From: an uncultured Spirochaetota bacterium
GTDB lineage: Bacteria; Spirochaetota; Spirochaetia; SZUA-6; Fen-1364
Direction of reading: 5' to 3'
Length of the DNA: 64,000 bases
Assembly: GCA_963734545.1 (NCBI GenBank)
Contig: CAVTHO010000004.1
Span: 256,001 to 320,000, forward strand
The position numbers were made by a program, and so were the translations under genes. Shown here piece after piece: positions 50,853 through 61,165 of the stretch; within the stretch, counting starts at the first letter, position 1; every line of letters begins with the position of its first letter. The notes under the pieces are model-generated. The model was not told the DNA's origin. It ran no database searches and worked only from the letters and a program-made list of their open reading frames with translations.

Positions 50853-52824
50853 ATGTCAGGAAAGCGTGCCATCGCTCGTCTCATCGTGGACGGAATGACG
50901 TGCAGCAGCTGCGAGCAGCGCATCGAGAAGGCGGTGCGCGCGCTCGACGGCGTGAGCCAGGTGAGCGCCAGCGCGTCACTCTCCGAGGTGATGGTCTACT
51001 ACGATGTGCACATCGTCACCCGGGAGAAGATACTCGACGCCATCAGAGGCGCGGGATACCAGGTGCGGGATGACCCTGCAACGGCTGCGCTCTCCTCCGC
51101 CGCTGCCCAGGACAAGACGACGAAGTCGGAATCGGGCGGCGTGTACCGCCTCCTCGGCCTTATCGCGGTCGTGGCGGCCATCTATCTCATCATCCGCTAT
51201 ACGGTGGGCTTCACGTTCCTGCCCAATGTCACGCAGTCGATGGGCTACGGCCTGATCTTCGTGGTCGGCCTGCTCACCTCCGTGCACTGCATCGCCATGT
51301 GCGGCGGGATCGTGCTGTCCCAGGGAATCAAGCGGCGCGACGCCGCGGATACAGTGGCGCTGCCGATCGTGGATTCCGCGCCGATCACTGCGAAGCCGTC
51401 ATTGGGGGCCGACCGGATTGAAGGAACGTCTGCTTCCGAGCCTTCTGTACAACGGAGGACGGGTCGTTTCCTACACGATCATCGGCGGCGTCGTGGGCGC
51501 CCTCGGCTCCCTGTTCAGCCTCTCCACGACTCTCAAAGGCGCGATGCCGGTGATCGCGGGCGCGTTCATGCTGTTCCTCGGCGTGCGGATGCTCGGAATA
51601 TTCCCCTGGCTTTCGCGGCTGAAAGTCCGTTTCCCCGGTCTCGGGGGCAGGAAACTGCGCTCCGCCGCGTCAGGGCGCGGGCCATTCGTCGTGGGCCTGT
51701 TCAACGGTCTCATGCCGTGCGGGCCGCTGCAGACGATGCAGGTCTACGCCCTCGGAACGGGAAGCTTTTTCGCCGGCGCTCTGTCCATGTTCCTCTTCAG
51801 CCTTGGGACAGTTCCTCTTCTGCTCGGATTCGGGGCGATCAGCGCATTCCTCAGCGCAAAATTCAATCGCCGAATGTTGAAGGCCAGCGGCGTTCTGGTC
51901 ATGGCGCTCGGCCTCGTCATGTTCACCCGCGGGGTGAGTCTCTTTGGCGTTGCCCTGCCCACGCTCGCCCCGGCAGCGGGCGGCTCCGTTGCCGTGGCCA
52001 AGGTGGTCGGCGACTACCAGGAAGTGAGGACCACTGTCGAATCGGGTGACTACCATCCTTTCATCGTGCAGAAGGGCATCCCCGTCCGGTGGATAGTGAG
52101 CGCGAAAGCGGATGACCTCAACGGCTGCAACAACCCTCTCACCGTTCCCCAGTACGGGATCAGGAAGACGCTGGTGCCCGGTGACAACCTCATCGAATTC
52201 ACCCCCGACAAGGACGGGACAATCGCGTACACGTGCTGGATGGGCATGATCTCGAGCTCCATCAGGATCGTGCCGGATCTCAAGCTGCTGACGGCCAAAG
52301 ACCTCTCCGCGCCGGCAGGCGGAGATATCGCGTCCGCTTTCGGGCCCGGAGGGCCGCAGGGCGGCGCCGGGGGGGGATGCTGCGGCGCAACGCCCGGGAA
52401 ATTTGCGAACGGCAAGATCCCGACTGACGTCATCCAGATTGCGAAGCGCACTGCCGAAGGCCAGGTGGCGGACATCGTCGTCGATGCAAACGGCTATACG
52501 CCCGCGGTCATTGTCATGAAGCGCGGCGTGAAAGGGAAGGTGAGGTTCACCGCGGGCAACCTGAGCTCCTGCAACTATGTCGTGAACTTCCCCGAGTACC
52601 GGGGCGGGCTGGACCTCAGGCAGGGGCAGCTGGAGACGCCTCTTCTCGACATCTCCTCCGACTTCACCTTCGAGTGCGGAATGGGCATGCTCCACGGATA
52701 CGTCAAGGTCGTGGACGACACGGACAATGTCGATCTCAATGCGGTGAGGACCCAGGTGGCATCCTTCAAGCCTCGAGCCGGCGCAGGTGGGTGCTGCGGA
52801 AATCAGGCGGCCAGGCCCCAATAG
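50853..52824 (+). CDS. HMA + DsbD_2/TauE-like membrane domain + two cupredoxin-like domains; frameshift near 51410
   Basis: GMTCSSC; SVHCIAMCGG; YNGGRVVSY, GLMPCGPLQ; YTCWMGM and FECGMGM. Confidence 0.85.
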
Positions 52825-52876
52825 TGAGGCGCCGGGCGCCTCACTCGAGTCCCACGGCGCCCTCGTTCCCCTGGAC

Positions 52877-53041
52877 TTATTTGCCGATGTACTTTTTCGG
52901 ATCGGTATCGAACGTGCGCGCACACCCCTGGGCGCAGAAGTAGAAATCCTTGCCGCCGTACGTTCGCCTGGCGGCAGCAGTAGCCGGGTCGATCATCATC
53001 CCGCAGACCGGGTCTTTCACCTTTTCAGCCGTTGCGGCCAT
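52877..53041 (-). CDS. YHS domain protein
   Basis: KDPVCGMMID..FYFCAQGC..FDTDPKKY; GAGGAGG RBS. Confidence 0.88.
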   Translation of the reverse strand: MAATAEKVKDPVCGMMIDPATAAARRTYGGKDFYFCAQGCARTFDTDPKKYIGK

Positions 53042-53051
53042 TGCTTCCTCC

Positions 53052-53112
53052 TCGCGCCGCCGAAGGCGGATTCGCGCCGCCAAAGGCGGATTCGCGCCGC
53101 CGAAGGCGGATT
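53052..53112. repeat. Three tandem 20-nt REP-like hairpins
   Basis: TCGCGCCGCCRAAGGCGGAT x3 between csoR and the YHS gene. Confidence 0.88.
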
Positions 53113-53119
53113 CTATATT

Positions 53120-53395
53120 TCACCTTTCCAGGTACTTCTCCAGTATCATGGAGATCTCGTCGATCTTCTCCGCGCCCTTGTCCGTGCGGATGGCGTCCTT
53201 GACGCAGGTATCCATGTGCTGCTTGAGAATGACGATGTTCGCTTTTTTCATCAGGGCGATGGTGGCGAGGACCTGCTTCGAAATATCGATGCAGTAGCGG
53301 TCTTCCTCCACCATCCGCAGCACTCCGTCGATCTGGCCGCGCGCTGTTTTCAGGAGCGCAAGCGCCTTGTGACTTTCGTGGCTTCCATGATCCAT
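53120..53395 (-). CDS. csoR: CsoR/RcnR-family copper-sensing repressor
   Basis: ARGQIDG..EEDRYCIDI..HMDTCV (C-H-C ligand pattern). Confidence 0.88.
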   Translation of the reverse strand: MDHGSHESHKALALLKTARGQIDGVLRMVEEDRYCIDISKQVLATIALMKKANIVILKQHMDTCVKDAIRTDKGAEKIDEISMILEKYLER

Positions 53396-55879
53396 TAGTT
53401 CTGCCTCCCCGCCGGGCGGCGTGCACCGAACCGGCGCAGCCGAAGGGCGTTGCTCACCACTGACACGGAGCTCAGGGACATGGCGGCGGCCGCGAAAATG
53501 GGGTTCAGCAGGGGACCGCCGAACAGGTGCAGGACCCCGGCCGCGACGGGGATGCCCAGGACGTTGTAGCAGAAAGCCCAGAAAAGGTTCTGCCTGATGG
53601 TGCGGATGGTGGCCTTGCTGAGCCGTATGGCTCCCGCCACGTCTCCCAGGTCGCTCTTCATGAGAACGATATCCGCAGATTCGATAGCGACATCCGTGCC
53701 CGAGCCGATTGCGATCCCGATGTCCGCCTGCGCCAGGGCGGCGGCGTCATTGATGCCGTCCCCGACCATCGCCACTTTCCGTCCTTCCGATTGAATCCGC
53801 TTTACCGCCTCGGCCTTCTCATGAGGCAGCACTTCCGCCAGCACCCGGTCCACGCCGACCTGCGCCGCGATTGCCTTCGCGGTTCTCTCGTTGTCTCCCG
53901 TAATCATCACGACCTCGAGACCCATGTCCCGAAGGGCCGCAATTGCGCGGGCGCTCGTCGCCTTCGGCACATCGGCCACGGCAATCACGCCGGCCGCAGA
54001 CTGGTCCACCGCGACGAACATGGGCGTCTTTCCCGCAGCGGCCATCGAGCCCGAAGTCTCGACCAGGCTGCCCAGATCGACACCCCGCTCACTCATCATC
54101 TTCTCATTACCCAGGAGGACGGCTCTTCCGTCGATGCGGGCTTCGATGCCCCGGCCCGGGCATTGCCTGGAACTGCTCAAGGGGCAGCAGCGCAAGCGTG
54201 CGGCGCTCCGCGCTCTGCACGATGGCGTCTCCCAGCGGATGCTCCGAGCCCTTTTCCGCGGAGGCGGCGAGCTGGAGCAGCGTCTCCTCCTTCATTCCGT
54301 TGGACAGCACGATGTCGGTGACGACAGGCGCGCCCTCGGTGATGGTCCCTGTCTTGTCCAGTATGATGGTCTGGATCCTGTGCGTCTCTTCCAGCGCGGC
54401 CCCGCCCTTGATGAGGATGCCGTTCTCGGCTCCCCTGCCCGTTCCCACCATGATTGCGGTGGGAGTGGCGAGCCCCAGGGCGCACGGGCAGGCAATGACG
54501 AGCACCGAGGTGAAGATGGTCATGCTGAACGCCACGCTCTGGCCGCTTATCAGCCAGGCGGCTCCCGCGGCGAGCGCGATGAGCATGACGATGGGCACAA
54601 AGTATCCCGAGACAACGTCCGCGAGCTGCGCGATCGGCGCCTTGCTTCCCTGCGCCTGCTCGACGAGCTTGATGATCTGGGCCAGCGCCGTGTCGCTGCC
54701 CACGCGCGTGGCACGGAAAGTGATCGTGCCGTTCTTGTTGATGCTCGCCCCTGTGACCTGGTCTCCGATCTTCTTCTCCACCGGGATGCTTTCCCCGGTG
54801 AGCATGGATTCATCAACCGAGGTGTAGCCGTCCACCACTTCGCCGTCCACGGGGACTTTGCCTCCCGGGCGGACCCGCACGAGGTCCCCCACCTCCACCT
54901 CGGAGATCGGGATCTCTGTCTCCTGCCCGTCATGGATCACGATCGCGGTCTTGGGCGCCAGACCCATGAGCTTCTTGATGGCCTGGGACGTCCGTCCCTT
55001 GGAAACGGTCTCCAGCGTCTTGCCCAGCAGGATCAGGGCGATGATGACCGCGGCCGTCTCGAAGTAGAGGCTGCTCACCGCGGTCATGTCACCCGTGGCG
55101 ATCCTCCACGTCGAATAGAGGCTATAGAGGATCGCGGCAGCGGTGCCGATGGCGATGAGCGAATCCATGTTCGGCGCCCGGTGCCAGAGGGCCTTGCCTC
55201 CCACGCGATAGAACCGGTTCCCGGCGGCAATGGCCGGAATGACGAGGATCACCTGCACCAGGGCGTACACGAGCGGGAACTGCATGGGATCCAGGAACCA
55301 CGGCAGAGGGAACTTCAGCGCAGGAAGCATGTGCCCCATGGCCAGGTACAGGAGCGGCACCGCGGCCGCGGCAGCCACGATGAACTTTGTCCACATCACG
55401 CGGATCTCGTGCGCCTTGCGCTCCGCATCCTGATCAACGGTCTCCGCCGCGTCGATTTCCCGAGGAGTATATCCGGCATCTGTTATCGTCTTCTTGATCG
55501 CCGACAACCGGACCTTTCCTGGATCATAGAGAACGTCCGCCTTCTCCGTTGCCAGGTTGACCGAGACCTTCGTGACGCCTTCGAGCTTCCCGACCACCTT
55601 TTCGATCCGGGCGACGCAGGAGGCGCAGGTCATCCCTCCAATCGGGATCGTGACGTGCTTTGTCTTTTCCTGTTCGCGAAGACCATAACCCGCTGCTTCA
55701 ACGGCCTTGCGGACCGCGCCCGTCTGAATACGGGTCTCATCGTAGACGAGGTGCAGCTTCTCCGTAGCGAGGTTCACGCTCGCCTTCTCAACGCCTTCGA
55801 GCTTTCCCACGACCTTCTCGACCCGGGCGGAGCATGACGCACAGGTCATCCCGGTGACCGTCATTTCCTCGGTTCTCAT
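53395..55879 (-). CDS. copA: Copper-translocating P1B-1 ATPase with two N-terminal HMA domains, frameshift near 54158
   Basis: GMTCASC x2, TGES, CPCALG, DKTGT, SEHP, GDGIND, YN and MSLSS. Confidence 0.92.
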
Positions 55880-55894
55880 ACCACTCCTCTTCTG

Positions 55895-55956
55895 ACCCCC
55901 ACCCCTGGTGGGGAGGGGTATGCGCTCAATCTATCCCAGCCTGCGTTGTGTGTCAA
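55895..55956 (-). promoter_or_regulatory. copA promoter with CsoR-type C-tract/G-tract operator
   Basis: TTGACA(55956-55951)-N17-TAGATT(55933-55928); ACCCCCACCCCTGGTGGGGAGGGGTA at 55895-55920. Confidence 0.7.
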
Positions 55957-55976
55957 CACAAATCGATCAGCCGGGC

Positions 55977-56008
55977 TTCATAGATCCTTCACAATGGTCC
56001 GGTACTGT
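55977..56008 (+). promoter_or_regulatory. TTCATA-N5-TTCACA direct repeat plus -10 box upstream of cueP
   Basis: TTCATAGATCCTTCACA at 55977-55993, 9 nt, TACTGT. Confidence 0.7.
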
Positions 56009-56031
56009 CGGGAGTTCTTCCGGAGGCACAA

Positions 56032-56589
56032 ATGACCACATCTGCGAGGTTCCTCGCTGTCCTTCTGCTCCTCGGCTCGATACGCCCTGGCGCGTTCGCC
56101 GACACGGTCGGTGAGCAGCCATCGCCCAGCTCGCTCGTCAGCCTGACCCCGGAGGCGACCCTCAGCCTGGCCAATGAATGGGGTATGAAAAGCGATGAGA
56201 ACAAGGTCACGATCTGGACATCCAGCCGGGCGTTCAATTTCCAGTTTGCCGACGGAACAAAAACCGTCATCGCGATGCCGGAAGAGCGCATGGTTGTCTC
56301 CATTGCTCCCTACATCATGAAAACTCATCCCTGCAGCGGTCACTATCCGTCCACCTGTCGGGGCGAGCTTGCCAATACTCCCGTGCACGTGACGGCGGTC
56401 AGCTCCGACGGCCGCAAGCTGCTGGACGAAGATACCACTACTCTTGCGAACGGCTTCATCGACCTGTGGCTCCCGCGTGATATCAAGGTTGATGTGTCGA
56501 TAAAGGCGCGGGGACTTCAGGCCACCGTGCAGCTCGGCACCTCCGACACCGACATCACCTGCATTACCACGCCGAAGCTTCACTACTGA
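56032..56589 (+). CDS. cueP: CueP-family periplasmic copper-binding protein
   Basis: SIAPY..THPC..H..TCRGEL, NGFIDLWLPR, TCIT; signal peptide. Confidence 0.85.
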   Translation: MTTSARFLAVLLLLGSIRPGAFADTVGEQPSPSSLVSLTPEATLSLANEWGMKSDENKVTIWTSSRAFNFQFADGTKTVIAMPEERMVVSIAPYIMKTHPCSGHYPSTCRGELANTPVHVTAVSSDGRKLLDEDTTTLANGFIDLWLPRDIKVDVSIKARGLQATVQLGTSDTDITCITTPKLHY

Positions 56590-57023
56590 GGCTTTGCGGC
56601 GGGCTCCACCGGTAACCGCTTCAGCGGCAAACCCGCCTTCTCCCACTGGATCATGCCGCCCTCCAGATTGAAGACGCGCGTGTATCCCTGGCGCACCAGT
56701 TCCCTGGCCGCAATGTCAGACATGCGCCCGCTTCTGCAGTAAAGGACGATCTTCGCGGACTTGTCCGCCGGGTATCTGTCGAGACTTGCCTTGGTCTGGT
56801 CAAAGGGAATGAATGCATCAGTCAGCGCGATTTCCCCTTCGTAGGGGATATGCACGTTCACGAAATAAAAGTCCTTCTTCGCCAGCATGGCATTCAGTGT
56901 CGCGGAGGTGATATTCAGGTAGCGGCCGCCGTCAGTAGAAACCGACGTTCCCTCTCCGCGCGCGGCAACGGTCGCCGCCATGACGCCAAGAAAAAGCAGA
57001 ATCCCCCTGCACGCGGTCTTCAT
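56583..57023 (-). CDS. Exported rhodanese-like domain protein
   Basis: VNVHIPYEGEI, IVLYCRSGRMS, NLEGGM..W. Confidence 0.88.
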   Translation of the reverse strand: MKTACRGILLFLGVMAATVAARGEGTSVSTDGGRYLNITSATLNAMLAKKDFYFVNVHIPYEGEIALTDAFIPFDQTKASLDRYPADKSAKIVLYCRSGRMSDIAARELVRQGYTRVFNLEGGMIQWEKAGLPLKRLPVEPAAKPQ

Positions 57024-57739
57024 CAGCTCCCCTTCCCTTCCTTCATGCGGATGAACTTGCCGTGCCACTCGTGGTACCACACCCAGCCGGTGTACCCATT
57101 CACGCCCAGCATTCCATAGACGCTCCCGTCCTTGTTCAGCACGTGTATCGTGTAGTACCCGTAGAACACGTCCGCGTCATTCTCCACCTTCATTCCCGGC
57201 AGCCGCGCGTCAAGAAACTCCTGCCCATACTTTCGGGCCTGCTCGGCGCTCACCGTCATTTCCCTGCCCGGGTTTGCCCAGGGGCGATAGCCCTGGCGTC
57301 CACCCCAGCCCCAGCCGGGGCCGCCCATCATGCCGCCCCCCATCATGCCGAAGCCCATTTGCCCGTACTTCGTGTTCCACATCATGTTGGGTCCGGGCTC
57401 GGGGATGACTGCCCCCGTCCACTTGTTGATCAGCACCTCGAAAGCGTGCACGCCTCCTGTCTTTTCCGCAACTTCGCCGTAGAACTGGTTGTCGAACTCC
57501 ATCACCTCGGTGAGCTGAAGGTCCGCATTCCAGAAGTTGTTCACATACTGCTCGGCCGTCTGCCATGCCTGATCAATCGTGAGGGCCGGAGCGTTCCCCG
57601 GTGGAGTTGCGCTCCACCAGCCGCCCATCATGCCGCCCCATCCCCCGGGACCACCCGGACCCGGGCCCATCATCTGTCCGAACGTAAGTCCCGATACTGC
57701 AAGGAGCAGTACGGAAGTGATTGTCGCTATCTTGCGCAT
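57023..57739 (-). CDS. Exported Met/Gly-rich protein with two PepSY-like repeats
   Basis: Signal peptide; GMMGG tracts; EVMEF..FY, PEPGPNMMWNTKYG, FYGYYT, WYHEWHG. Confidence 0.7.
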   Translation of the reverse strand: MRKIATITSVLLLAVSGLTFGQMMGPGPGGPGGWGGMMGGWWSATPPGNAPALTIDQAWQTAEQYVNNFWNADLQLTEVMEFDNQFYGEVAEKTGGVHAFEVLINKWTGAVIPEPGPNMMWNTKYGQMGFGMMGGGMMGGPGWGWGGRQGYRPWANPGREMTVSAEQARKYGQEFLDARLPGMKVENDADVFYGYYTIHVLNKDGSVYGMLGVNGYTGWVWYHEWHGKFIRMKEGKGS

Positions 57740-57745
57740 GTGATC

Positions 57746-57777
57746 AATATACGGAAACTCCATGAAGGATTTGTGAA
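57746..57777 (-). promoter_or_regulatory. TTCACA-N5-TTCATG direct repeat plus -10 box upstream of the Met/Gly-rich gene
   Basis: Minus strand TTCACAAATCCTTCATG at 57777-57761, 9 nt, TATATT. Confidence 0.7.
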
Positions 57778-57834
57778 GGATAATTCCGATTGCTTTTCCG
57801 GCCTTTGTCCCGCATAATCGTCCTGGGAACCCCC

Positions 57835-60048
57835 ATGACAGCGATTTCCGTACCGACAATAGTCATGGCCGGCGTCTCCCTGTACGTCGGCCTCTATCAC
57901 CTGTTGATCCACGCGCGAAGGAAGGGCCATCCGGAGGATCTCACTTTTGCGCTCCTCTGCCTGGCGACATGCATTTACGAAGTGTTGTGCACGGGGCTGT
58001 ACAATGCCACTTCCCCGGCGGACGGAGGACGGTGGCAGCGGCTGCAGTTCATCTCCCTGACGCTGTTCACCACCGCATTCCTCTGGTTCGTAGCCGATTA
58101 CACGCGCCGCCGGAAGGGCATCGTGATATACGCATTCACGGCATACTACGTGGGCGCTCTCATCGTCCAGGCCGTGGATCGGAGCGCCTTCACGTGGATC
58201 TACGCGCTCCCTTCCGTCAAGACAATCCATCTCCCGTTCGGGATCGACTTCACCTACTATGAGGTCACGTTGGGGATCTTCAGCACCATCCAGGGGCTGA
58301 TCGGCCTCGCAGCCAGCGTGTACATCTTCTGGTGCGGCGTGCGCTTTTTCCGGAGCGGCAGCCGCCGGGAAGCCGTCCCCTTGCTTGTCGCATTTGCGGT
58401 CATGCTCGTCGCGGCAATCAACGACACGATAGTGAGCAACGGGCTGTTGGAGTTCGTTTACCTCATCGAGTACGGCTATATCGCAATGATTCTCCTGATG
58501 GCGTTCTCGCTCTCCCGCACCGTCGTCGATGCCGCGATTGCGCGCGAGGCACTGCGGCAGGCGGAGCTGGTGATCGACAACAGCCCGGCCATATTGTTCC
58601 GGTGGCAGAACAAGGAGAGCTGGCCCGTCGAATACGTCTCAGAGAATATCCGGCAGCTCGGGTACGCGCCCGGGGAGCTCCTGAGCGGGGAGATCCCGTA
58701 CTCCTCGCTCGTCCATCCGGACGACCTCGAACGGGTGATGACGGAAGTAAAGACGTATTCAGCGGGCACGCAGGAGAGTTTTCCCCAGGAATACCGGATT
58801 CTCACCCGGGACGGCAGAGTGCGCTCCATGGATGACCGCACAACGATCATACGGAACGACGCGGGGATCATCACCCACTACCAGGGCATCATCATCGACA
58901 TCACGGATCGGCGCAGGATCGAAGCGGAGCTCCTGGAAAGCGAGGAGAAGTTCCGTTCCATCGTGGAGAATGCGCTGATCGCCATCTTCACTGTGAATGA
59001 TTCATACCAGTTCATCTACTGCAATGACGAGCTCTGCCGGATCCTCGGGCGTACCCGGGAGTGGATCCTCGGCCGCGATTACCGGGAGGTCCTGGCACCG
59101 GGAAGCCTTCAACTGGTGTCGGACCGCTATATCATGCGTCAGCAAGGCCAGTCTCCACCCCCGCGCTACGAGGTCGACGTGGTACGCAGCGATGGTGAGT
59201 ACCGGCACCTGGAGATGCACGTGGCAGTGGTAAAGGATGCCGCGGGAAGGCCGCGGACCATGGGCCAGCTGGTCGACATCACGGACCGCACGCGGGCGGC
59301 GGAGGAGATCCGCCGGCTCAATGCCGAGCTGGAGCAGCGGGTCCGTGAGAGGACCGCCGAGCTGGAAGTCGCGGTGAAGGAGCTGGAAGCATTCACCTAT
59401 TCGGTGTCCCACGACCTTCGCGCGCCGCTTCGCGCCATTGGAGGCTACGCGGGTATCCTTCTTCAGGATCATGCCGAACGGCTCTCCGCCGAAGCGTCAC
59501 GCTTCCTCTCCACGATCCAGGCCACGGCCCGTCAGATGGGGCAGCTCATCGATGACCTGCTGAGCTTTTCGCGGCTGAACAAGCAGCCGCTCGTCCTGCA
59601 GACCTGCGCAATGGAGGACATTGTGCGCGATGTCCTGGCCACTTTCGGTGAGGAGAAGGCGGGACGCACCATCGAGGTGACCGTGGAACCCCTTCCCCCC
59701 TGCCAGGGGGACCCGGGGCTGCTGAAGCAGGTCTGGCTCAACCTCCTCTCGAACGCCCTGAAATACACACGAAGATCCGCCAAGGCGACAATCGTGGTCG
59801 GCCACGAAGAACACGGCGCCGACGTGATCTATTTCGTCCGGGACAACGGGGTGGGATTCGACATGAAGTACGCGGACAAGCTCTTCGGCGTGTTCCAGAG
59901 GCTTCACCGTGACGACGAGTTCGAGGGAACGGGAATCGGCCTGGCCATCGTGAAGCGGATCGTGAACCGCCACGGGGGACAGGTATGGACGGAATCGGTC
60001 CCCGGGCAGGGGGCCGCGTTCTATTTCACGCTGTCAGGCTCCCACTGA
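57835..60048 (+). CDS. Sensor histidine kinase: 7TM-like N-terminus, two PAS domains, HisKA-HATPase
   Basis: Multiple TM segments; VHPDD and DITDR PAS ends; SVSHDLRAPL, NLLSNALKY, DNGVGF, GIGL. Confidence 0.92.
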   Translation: MTAISVPTIVMAGVSLYVGLYHLLIHARRKGHPEDLTFALLCLATCIYEVLCTGLYNATSPADGGRWQRLQFISLTLFTTAFLWFVADYTRRRKGIVIYAFTAYYVGALIVQAVDRSAFTWIYALPSVKTIHLPFGIDFTYYEVTLGIFSTIQGLIGLAASVYIFWCGVRFFRSGSRREAVPLLVAFAVMLVAAINDTIVSNGLLEFVYLIEYGYIAMILLMAFSLSRTVVDAAIAREALRQAELVIDNSPAILFRWQNKESWPVEYVSENIRQLGYAPGELLSGEIPYSSLVHPDDLERVMTEVKTYSAGTQESFPQEYRILTRDGRVRSMDDRTTIIRNDAGIITHYQGIIIDITDRRRIEAELLESEEKFRSIVENALIAIFTVNDSYQFIYCNDELCRILGRTREWILGRDYREVLAPGSLQLVSDRYIMRQQGQSPPPRYEVDVVRSDGEYRHLEMHVAVVKDAAGRPRTMGQLVDITDRTRAAEEIRRLNAELEQRVRERTAELEVAVKELEAFTYSVSHDLRAPLRAIGGYAGILLQDHAERLSAEASRFLSTIQATARQMGQLIDDLLSFSRLNKQPLVLQTCAMEDIVRDVLATFGEEKAGRTIEVTVEPLPPCQGDPGLLKQVWLNLLSNALKYTRRSAKATIVVGHEEHGADVIYFVRDNGVGFDMKYADKLFGVFQRLHRDDEFEGTGIGLAIVKRIVNRHGGQVWTESVPGQGAAFYFTLSGSH

Positions 60049-61055
60049 ACGATCTCTGTGGCCATCCTCAGCAGTCCCACCGGCACGGGAAGGCCCAGCT
60101 CGTTCATCCTGCCGGGGTTGACCCAGAGCTCGTATTCCGGAGAGATCACCGGCAGGTCCCCGGCGGGGATCCCTGAAAGGATCTTTTTTGCCAGGAGCGA
60201 GGCTTGGAACCCGGCCTTGCGGACATCCGCTGCGTTGCCGAAGATGGCACCCTGCTCGACCGTGAAGCGCTGGCTCCCCGCCACGGGGACGCGCATCATC
60301 GAGGCATAGTCCCTTATCGCCCTCCATCCAATCGGCGAAGTATTGAACATGTCGGGCACGATCATCACCGCATCCACCCGGTCAGCAGGGCGGCGCGCAC
60401 GCTCCTGCATGGCCTTTGCCATTGCGTCAATCGTTGTGACGGGAACCTCCACGAGCGTGATGCCAGCCGCCCGAGCGTGCTCGCGCAGCATGTCGAGCAC
60501 CGGGGGAATGATGGGATACTCCTGGTCGTAGCAGATGAGAAGGCGCTTGACGCCGGGCACAGCCTCCTGAAGCAGCTCGAACCGCTTGGCAATAAGGTCG
60601 ACTCCCGGGTAACGCACACCGGTGATGGCGTCCCCAGGGTGTCGGACACTTTTTACGAGGCCGGAGCCTTCGAGACCGGCGTACGCAAACAGGACAGGGG
60701 TGTTCTTTCCGGCTGCCGCGGCTTTTGCCGCCAGGGCCGGCTCCGTGGGCACGGCGAAGAGAAGGTCCAGCTTCTGATCGATCAGCTCGTTCGCGCCGCG
60801 CCGGATTGCCTCGGGATCAGCGCCAAGAAGACGCGTGAGGTAGGTCACGTTCTTCCCCTCTGCGTATCCCTGTTTCTCCATGCCCTCTTTGAACCCCTCC
60901 ACGGCGCCAACAAAGGAATCACCGCCGCAGATGAGGCCGATTCGGTAGGTGCGGGGGGGATGACCGCATCCCGCGACCGCAATGAGGCAACAGAATCCCA
61001 GCGCGGCCAGAAAGAACCAGCCCGTCCGCGCTTTCGGCGACGAGCCTACTGCCAT
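60021..61055 (-). CDS. Orphan ABC-type substrate-binding lipoprotein
   Basis: Lipobox-like VAGC, GFKEGM..GYAEGKNV, PVLFA, KILSG..GDLPV. Confidence 0.8.
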   Translation of the reverse strand: MAVGSSPKARTGWFFLAALGFCCLIAVAGCGHPPRTYRIGLICGGDSFVGAVEGFKEGMEKQGYAEGKNVTYLTRLLGADPEAIRRGANELIDQKLDLLFAVPTEPALAAKAAAAGKNTPVLFAYAGLEGSGLVKSVRHPGDAITGVRYPGVDLIAKRFELLQEAVPGVKRLLICYDQEYPIIPPVLDMLREHARAAGITLVEVPVTTIDAMAKAMQERARRPADRVDAVMIVPDMFNTSPIGWRAIRDYASMMRVPVAGSQRFTVEQGAIFGNAADVRKAGFQASLLAKKILSGIPAGDLPVISPEYELWVNPGRMNELGLPVPVGLLRMATEIVQWEPDSVK

Positions 61056-61165
61056 GACAGACAAACTATACAAGGCGGCAGCCCCGAACACAAGCTCATC
61101 CAGCGCCGCGCGCAATCTTGCCGAGGACAGGGACCCGGACTATAATCAGGCGGGAAATCCACTTC

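Noticed and set aside
53891-55837. Long antisense or alternative-frame ORFs (e.g. 648 aa opposite copA, 531 aa opposite cadA, 545 aa at 38323-39960)
   Set aside because: Shadow ORFs expected at high GC; no recognisable motifs, and they overlap well-supported genes
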